Source of the DNA: an uncultured bacterium
GTDB taxonomy: Bacteria > Fermentibacterota > Fermentibacteria > Fermentibacterales > JCC-6
Length of the DNA stretch: 64,000 bases
Direction: 5' to 3'
Assembly: GCA_965372215.1 (NCBI GenBank)
Contig: CBDVBK010000001.1
Coordinates: 39,874 to 103,873, forward strand
Shown: positions 57,872 to 64,000 of the stretch, in pieces
Layout of the letters: each line of letters starts with the position of its first letter
How positions within the stretch are numbered: the first letter of the stretch is position 1
Program-made: the position numbers and the translations under genes
The notes under the pieces: model-generated
What the model was told of the DNA's origin: nothing
The model's input: only the letters and a program-made list of their open reading frames with translations
Database searches by the model: none

Positions 57872-60800
57872 CTAGAAATTCACCGTTCCTTCCAGTCCGG
57901 CTCTCTGAGTCCAGCTGCTGCCGGACGGTTTCCTTCCCCAGTAATAGAGCCTGATGTCAAATCCTGATGATATGCTTTTGCCTACTCTGGCAGATGTTCG
58001 CCAGGAAAGCCCGGAATCATTGCCGTCAAAAAACCATACGGGAAGGTCATCATCTCCGGGGATGTATTCTGCGGTAGCCATCGCGTAAACTGTCCAGCCT
58101 CCACCCATTAAAGAGAAGTGCGGTCCAGCTTCAATCATATTGTTGCGCAGATTATTCTTTACTTCCTCGCGAACGTCTAAAGCCACCAGCAAACCAGGCT
58201 CTACTCCGGGAGAAAGTTCAACGGATGGATCGACAGAAATCCGCAAACCGCGGATGTCTCTCGGGGAATAAAGTTCTTCCTCTTTTCTCCAGAGTTTAGC
58301 GGAACATTCGATTACCAGAATTCTCGTGGGGTTCAGGAAAGGTACTGTTTCAACGGACCAGCTTCTTTCCACTCTCAGCCCCGATCCGCTGTAGGAAATC
58401 CTTTCGTTTCTCAGCTTGCCGATAACAGTCATTCTCCTGAGGAGTCCGGTTTCCCACCTGAACCAGGGTGATAGATCAATGCTGTATCCTCCCTCTTCTT
58501 CTGTATCGAATGCGCCGATGAGGGAAAGTGTTCTCAAACGATCATCAGCACCGCTGGAAAAAAGCCTGAGGACACTGTTCAGTCCGGACGATATGCCTGT
58601 GGTCGATACGGTCGTTTCAAGAGAAGCGGATGTTACCGCGTCGCCGGCACCTCCAGGCTGGTAACTTATATTGTAGTCTCCATCAGGATCAGGATAATAC
58701 TGGCCTGTCTCAGAATCATAGCTGTAGTTTCCCTCTCCTTCACCTGCCCACAGGTATATCACATCAAGGGATCTGCTTATGGTTCCGGATCCGTTGTAGA
58801 TGCTTTCTACCCAGACAGATCCATAAGTGCCTCTGAGTGATGCAGTAATCGCGTCAGCATGGAGTTCTCCGCCCATGTCATATGATGTTGAAGAGTGCTC
58901 AATACTTCCTCCGTACCGGAGAACACCGCTCATACCGGATCCTTCCAGTCTCGCTCTCCAGACATTGAAAGGAGCTGACAACGGTCCTCCTGAACGGGAA
59001 TCATCCTGCAGTTCTAGTCGAATCAGCGCTCTGCCCGATCCCTTCTCGAGAGACAGACCGACATATCCGCTCTTTACACTTCCGGACAGGCTGTCACTCC
59101 ATGATTCCTCTGAGCCGCTCAACCCCAGGAACGGTTTCAGAGTACCGGACAACGGTATGGCTGACACTGACAGACCGGATGATTCTCCAGGTCTTATCTT
59201 TTCCGTATCATTCCGCTTCAGGTAGACACCGCTGATAAACACGGCAATGTTTCCCGGATCGAGGTTTGATGAAGCGCGATATCGCTCCAGTATGCCGCCT
59301 TCCTCCATGAATCTTCCGGAAGCGGTTACAAGAAGCCCTTCTCCGCCGATGCTGACCTCGGCAATGTTGTCCTTTCCCTTATAATCCGGAGGGAGAGACC
59401 AGGCGGAGATGGAACTGTCAGCCTCAAGCTCATCAGGAGGTTCGTAACCGGATGTTACAAGAGTACCTCTTAAGCCCAGACCCGGACCGTTCTCCCAGAA
59501 ATCAAATGACATGTTACCCCGGATACAGGTTCCCTCTCTTGTAGTGGCATCTGAATTGAACAGGTTTCCGGTTCTTCCTGATACGGCTGTTTCCAGTTCA
59601 GCATTGAGAGCATCGGAGTTGTATTTGACGACGATACCACCGGTTCTGTAACCGCCCGGTATCTGGATGTACTGCCGCGGAAGATGGGTTCCGCTTCCTT
59701 CCCCGAGCCAGAAATATCCTCCAATTGAAGAATCATATATATAATCACCCGATCCTGACGGAGGACGGTTGAATATCACGTCCCAGTTTCCCTGTCCCGG
59801 ACCTTCAAAGATGTAGTGTTCGAGGCTGTCCTTACTGTAACTCCCGTTTCCCGATCCAACATCGGTTGCACCATCAATCCATGCTTCAGAAGGGTCTTCC
59901 CCTGCGTTGCTGAGAACGTTTACAGCTTCATCTGTCAGAATGAATCCAAGGGGGGATTCTTTATCATCTTCAGCAAAAAAACCCTTGAATCCAACTTCCA
60001 GCCCTCCTGCCGAATGAACAACGGATGCGGTGACAAGATCCTTCCGAAAACCATCACCGCGCTGAGAGAATGTTATTTCGACTCTCTGGTCATTTCTTAT
60101 CAGCCTGCTTGAAGTAAAAGTAATCAATCCCGCGGTGTATTCCATTTCGTAATCAGAAGTTGCGCCGCGCTCCATGATTTCACCATCCAGCCAGACCTTC
60201 TCGCTGCCCGGGACAATTTCCCACCCCGATGTCACATCGTATGGCCCCTGAATTCCCTCTTCGGTGAAGAATACGGTTCTCTGCCTGGTATCCCCGGAGG
60301 TTCCATATCCTGCGGAAGCCAGCAAGCGTGAAGAAATGCTCCCTTCCAGGTCAACTCCGCTGATTTCACGGTTCCATACAAGCGGACCTGTCTGTTCATT
60401 TCCGCTTGCCCATTCCATATCACCCAGACGGGCTCTCCAGGAGCCGCCATCAACCAGAAAGAAAATACGGTCGAGCTGCGAGACAAGTTCGGAGGAATAC
60501 GGACCGGTGGACAGATTGCGATCAGTAATACTTCCGGACACGGTTATTCCAGGAGCCGCGGTTCCCTCAACAGTAATTCTGGTTCCCTGATCCAGGCCTC
60601 CCCCGTCACCTACGGAAAATCCGATTCTCTTGGAGCCGGATATGTAAAGACCATGCTCCTGAACAGGGTTAAATTCGCGGCGGTCGGACATCAGGTTAAC
60701 AACCCTGTTCTCAGCGAATTCAATATCCAGTTTAACCGAAGAAGGAATATCCAGGGACATCAGATCGAATTCGAGGTATACCGTGTCTCCAGCTCCGGGG

Positions 60801-60997
60801 GATGGATTCAACAGGATTCCGGTACGAAGACCTGACACACCTGAAGAGGCGGAAATTGTATCTCCATCCACAACAGCAATAATCGATCCGGGCTCAATCC
60901 AGAGTGAATCATTCATCTCTACGAAACCCGATCCATCACTTTCGAATTCCATTGTCATGGATGCAGCAAGCATAACTGCGGCAGTGAGTATACTCAC
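57872..60997 (-). CDS. large outer-membrane beta-barrel protein with a SprA-like segment
   Basis: Signal peptide, VPGSEKVWLDG...DYEMEYTAGLITF, many Gly/aromatic beta-strands, ends GLEGTVNF. Confidence 0.6.
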   Translation of the reverse strand: MSILTAAVMLAASMTMEFESDGSGFVEMNDSLWIEPGSIIAVVDGDTISASSGVSGLRTGILLNPSPGAGDTVYLEFDLMSLDIPSSVKLDIEFAENRVVNLMSDRREFNPVQEHGLYISGSKRIGFSVGDGGGLDQGTRITVEGTAAPGITVSGSITDRNLSTGPYSSELVSQLDRIFFLVDGGSWRARLGDMEWASGNEQTGPLVWNREISGVDLEGSISSRLLASAGYGTSGDTRQRTVFFTEEGIQGPYDVTSGWEIVPGSEKVWLDGEIMERGATSDYEMEYTAGLITFTSSRLIRNDQRVEITFSQRGDGFRKDLVTASVVHSAGGLEVGFKGFFAEDDKESPLGFILTDEAVNVLSNAGEDPSEAWIDGATDVGSGNGSYSKDSLEHYIFEGPGQGNWDVIFNRPPSGSGDYIYDSSIGGYFWLGEGSGTHLPRQYIQIPGGYRTGGIVVKYNSDALNAELETAVSGRTGNLFNSDATTREGTCIRGNMSFDFWENGPGLGLRGTLVTSGYEPPDELEADSSISAWSLPPDYKGKDNIAEVSIGGEGLLVTASGRFMEEGGILERYRASSNLDPGNIAVFISGVYLKRNDTEKIRPGESSGLSVSAIPLSGTLKPFLGLSGSEESWSDSLSGSVKSGYVGLSLEKGSGRALIRLELQDDSRSGGPLSAPFNVWRARLEGSGMSGVLRYGGSIEHSSTSYDMGGELHADAITASLRGTYGSVWVESIYNGSGTISRSLDVIYLWAGEGEGNYSYDSETGQYYPDPDGDYNISYQPGGAGDAVTSASLETTVSTTGISSGLNSVLRLFSSGADDRLRTLSLIGAFDTEEEGGYSIDLSPWFRWETGLLRRMTVIGKLRNERISYSGSGLRVERSWSVETVPFLNPTRILVIECSAKLWRKEEELYSPRDIRGLRISVDPSVELSPGVEPGLLVALDVREEVKNNLRNNMIEAGPHFSLMGGGWTVYAMATAEYIPGDDDLPVWFFDGNDSGLSWRTSARVGKSISSGFDIRLYYWGRKPSGSSWTQRAGLEGTVNF

Positions 60998-61746
60998 CTC
61001 AATATCAGGACTTCCCCTCTTCCAGGTGACCAGAGTACATACCGTTTTCCATCTGGAGAGCAGGATACTCTTCTGAATTCTTCCCCTTCGGGAATCATGA
61101 ATACCTCTTCACCGTTGTCAGACAGGATACTTTCACTCTTCAGAACTATCAGTTCATCAGCGGACAGTGCCCATACCCCCTCCGGAAGTCTCTCCGGTGT
61201 ACTGTACTGATCAAGGAGATATGATTCGGTGTTACTGGAATAGACCGCAAGGTTTCCGGATGCGGATAACTGCCCGCAACCAGAGCCATCAAGCCTGACC
61301 AGAATGTCAGCGGGTTCGTTCATGGAACAGATAACACCATCTGCTATCGAAATATAGAGTATTGCAAATCCTGCCATGCAGATGTCTCCGGGGCGACTCC
61401 GGGAATCGGTGAACTCCGCTGTTTCACCTGCAATATCGATATGAAATATCCTGCCTGAAAGCTCGTCCGAAACGAACCAGCCCCATCTTTCATCCACACA
61501 GAAACCTCCTGGAAGCATAACATCCGGCAGATCGAATTCAGTTACTGTTTCATCTGGATGGTAGACAAGCAGGTGCGGCAGACCGGGCAGAAGAATGTGG
61601 ACATTCCCTTCCATATCGATCTCCGCGTCAATGATTTCCTCCGGTACGCTCAGGTAGCTGATTTCAAGCGAGGACGGTACCGCCTGTGATATGGGACAGA
61701 GAAATAGAAGAAGAACAGTCAGAAAAAGGAAATTATTACCGCACAA
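60994..61746 (-). CDS. exported beta-propeller-like hypothetical protein
   Basis: Hydrophobic N-terminus, NHL/propeller-like blades (PGGFCVD...FVSD; SCSPDGK); start taken as TTG 61746, uncertain. Confidence 0.5.
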   Translation of the reverse strand: MCGNNFLFLTVLLLFLCPISQAVPSSLEISYLSVPEEIIDAEIDMEGNVHILLPGLPHLLVYHPDETVTEFDLPDVMLPGGFCVDERWGWFVSDELSGRIFHIDIAGETAEFTDSRSRPGDICMAGFAILYISIADGVICSMNEPADILVRLDGSGCGQLSASGNLAVYSSNTESYLLDQYSTPERLPEGVWALSADELIVLKSESILSDNGEEVFMIPEGEEFRRVSCSPDGKRYVLWSPGRGEVLILR

Positions 61747-63403
61747 CGGTAAACGAGCCGGTTTCAATCGTATTCCCGAAACTGAATCTGAAGAAATATG
61801 ATCCTGAAGCGAGAGAAGAAGCTCCGGTATATGCCAGAGTCGTCTCCCCATAATCGGTATTTCCGAGATTCACACTCTCCACATGTTCGCCGGACAATGA
61901 AAATATCGATAGAACAGCATCTCCTGCAGTCGAATAGAACTGAAAATAGAGAGTCCCGGTACATGGTTGAGGATAAAAAGCGAATTCCCCAGCTGAATCA
62001 GTTACCGATCCTGAGGACACATCAAGATCAAGCCCCGCGAATGATCTGCAGAGAAGCAGAACAGTACCCTCAGCAGGCAGTGCAACAGCAACGTCGTTTG
62101 CAGCGCCCGTATCAAATACTTCCAGTTTTCCCCCTGCAGCGTCAAACACATATGCATACAGGTCTCCGAGTCCTGAAGCTGTCGCCCGGAAACTTCCGGT
62201 AAGCCCACTGCCAAGTTCATAGTATTTCCCCTGATAGGAGAACATGTGATTATTGTAGTCCGTATATGGATCGTTCAATACCTGACCGGAATAATCCAAA
62301 CCCCGTCTGTTACCGGAATCAGTGGTGTCGTAATCGGCAATTCTGAATGCTTCCCATCCGTATTTGCCATTTCCGAAATCAGGATCATCTATCCAGCATG
62401 CCAGCATCCAGTCCTGAAGGATAGCGTTCATATCAGGATCAATCCCGGTTACATCGTGAATTGCCTGCTCCACTCCCGAAATTCCACGTTCAGATGTCCG
62501 TAGTGACCGATAAAGGAAATCAACACCGCCGTAGTTTTCGTAAAGGTATGAGAAAAATAGAAATCCGGCGCCGTATCCGGCAACATATTCGATGCTGCCC
62601 CATGGGAGATTCGTCCATTTGATGGGAGTTACTCCTCCGGCTTCGAGAAAATTTACCACCTGTAATGCGGGATATCCGCAGACATAAACACCTGACTGCG
62701 CCTGATTCTCAATTACCCATAGTTCCTCTGAACTGAAAGGTTTGACTCCCCATTGAATGAGGTGTACAAGTTCATGGGAAGCTGTGAAGGAGGCATCGTC
62801 GGCATCACTGGGGAAACAGTCGATATACATCATTTCCACTTCGTTGGAATGGCCGCCGTAGTAGAGATAAGCCTCAGTTTCGGTGAACTGATTGTAGGGG
62901 CTGAAGAACCCCGCGATATACGCTCCGCCTTCCTCCGGATCGAAACCGTCTCGGATATCAAGCACGAGAAAATAAATCTTCGGATCTCCGTCAATAGCAT
63001 CAGGAGGCTGTCCGAAGACATCTATATCCGTTTCGACAATACCGCCAGGTCCCGAAGGAGTACTGTCTTCAAGAGCAGCTGCGAATATTTCTACATCTTC
63101 CTGATCGTAATGAACATCCCACTGAGTATCCTCAACAAAGATATAGGTCTGTTCTCCTACAAACCTGCAGGTTGCGGCAGTAAGGTAAAAAACAGGATAC
63201 TCCGTACTGTGATCAATGGACCAGAAATTTATCGTATCTCCAATCTCATGCCCTGAATCGGTCTGCAAAGGGCCGGAAGGTCTGAAAGATGGATCATGCC
63301 GCCTGTCTATCTCCATAATGCGGGGTACAAGCGGAGTTCCATCAATTCCCCATGAGGCAGGATTCGCGGCAGGCAGTACCATTGCCAGGAGAAGTAAAAC
63401 CAT
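61736..63403 (-). CDS. secreted zinc metallopeptidase (M30-like) with T9SS type-A-like C-terminal domain
   Basis: Signal peptide, DAIDGDPKIYFL, AGFF, HELVH (HExxH); tail AFYPQP...LSIFSLSGEHV...LASGSYFFR. Confidence 0.75.
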   Translation of the reverse strand: MVLLLLAMVLPAANPASWGIDGTPLVPRIMEIDRRHDPSFRPSGPLQTDSGHEIGDTINFWSIDHSTEYPVFYLTAATCRFVGEQTYIFVEDTQWDVHYDQEDVEIFAAALEDSTPSGPGGIVETDIDVFGQPPDAIDGDPKIYFLVLDIRDGFDPEEGGAYIAGFFSPYNQFTETEAYLYYGGHSNEVEMMYIDCFPSDADDASFTASHELVHLIQWGVKPFSSEELWVIENQAQSGVYVCGYPALQVVNFLEAGGVTPIKWTNLPWGSIEYVAGYGAGFLFFSYLYENYGGVDFLYRSLRTSERGISGVEQAIHDVTGIDPDMNAILQDWMLACWIDDPDFGNGKYGWEAFRIADYDTTDSGNRRGLDYSGQVLNDPYTDYNNHMFSYQGKYYELGSGLTGSFRATASGLGDLYAYVFDAAGGKLEVFDTGAANDVAVALPAEGTVLLLCRSFAGLDLDVSSGSVTDSAGEFAFYPQPCTGTLYFQFYSTAGDAVLSIFSLSGEHVESVNLGNTDYGETTLAYTGASSLASGSYFFRFSFGNTIETGSFTVVR

Positions 63404-64000
63404 CAGAATCTGGCTCCAATCGTAAACCTGACAGATGAGAAATCACGTCTTTCAGGAAAATCAAGGGATGTATATATCCCTGGCTCGGTCTCATCAAGAA
63501 GGGCGGCGTCGATAACGCTAACTACTCTGTTCACAAGCGCGAATGCAGCAATGTACATGCTTCGCCTGAACCATTGCTTGCTCTCTACCAGATGATCGGC
63601 GAAATCCAGTCTCGAAGCTTCTGATGTCCAGTACCAGCCATCACTGCCGTACCTTGCGTGGGATTCATAGTAATCTCTCTGAGCATCAGGATCGTCAGGG
63701 TAGTAATACCTTGCCAATCTGTGGATATAGTCATTGTATTCATCGCTGGAGGAGAAGTCGGAGACATCATCCATAAACTGACTTGATCTTCCTGATATGG
63801 ATATTCCGGCTTCTTCCATTGCAAGCCATCTGTAATCGTTTCTGTTGAATGTGCCTTCAAGGTATGACAGACCCGCGCCAATCCATGTCACTGCTTCCAC
63901 GCCCATGAATACGATACCCCGAGTGGAATGCCCCATATGCATCTGTCCCCAGCCTGGAAGCAGAGCGGAGCGAAACATAGCACCCTTTCTCGAAGCCGAA
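63403..64000 (-). CDS. DUF5683-like protein, probably 5'-truncated by the window edge
   Basis: RSALLPGWGQ motif, hydrophobic segments, SVIDAA, ends FTIGARF. Confidence 0.55.
   Translation of the reverse strand, partial: SASRKGAMFRSALLPGWGQMHMGHSTRGIVFMGVEAVTWIGAGLSYLEGTFNRNDYRWLAMEEAGISISGRSSQFMDDVSDFSSSDEYNDYIHRLARYYYPDDPDAQRDYYESHARYGSDGWYWTSEASRLDFADHLVESKQWFRRSMYIAAFALVNRVVSVIDAALLDETEPGIYTSLDFPERRDFSSVRFTIGARF

Overview
Bacterial chromosome segment, almost all on the minus strand and mostly housekeeping genes. It likely comes from an anaerobic diderm of the FCB superphylum; a Fermentibacterota/Aegiribacteria-like lineage is my guess from the C-terminal 'TTWGxIKxxF' and T9SS-type tails. 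Core blocks: tRNA-Val(GAC)-thrS-infC(AUU start)-rpmI-rplT-zapB-zapA-6S RNA-rny-ymdB-ispA-dxs-nadK-recN-pgsA; ileS-lspA-arcC plus a hybrid kinase; mreBCD-mrdA-rodA-lgt-comF-dnaE; a trimeric group A [FeFe]-hydrogenase with non-bifurcating signatures; and sahR-ahcY. The most unusual parts: (1) a 55-64 kb outer-membrane/secretion-like locus (DUF5683-like, T9SS-CTD metallopeptidase, 1041-aa SprA-like barrel, Omp85) followed by two paralogous secreted proteins sharing an 'ALDQTTWGxIKNxF' C-terminal tag; (2) a 44-49 kb segment with a tyrosine recombinase that has lost catalytic residues, GGGTCRG palindromes at successive gene boundaries, and an oligopeptidase B split by one in-frame TAG; (3) other intact pseudo-enzymes (a hybrid histidine kinase and a purine nucleoside phosphorylase). 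No CRISPR array, rRNA or recognisable transposase was seen. All calls come from reading motifs by eye; no database searches were run.
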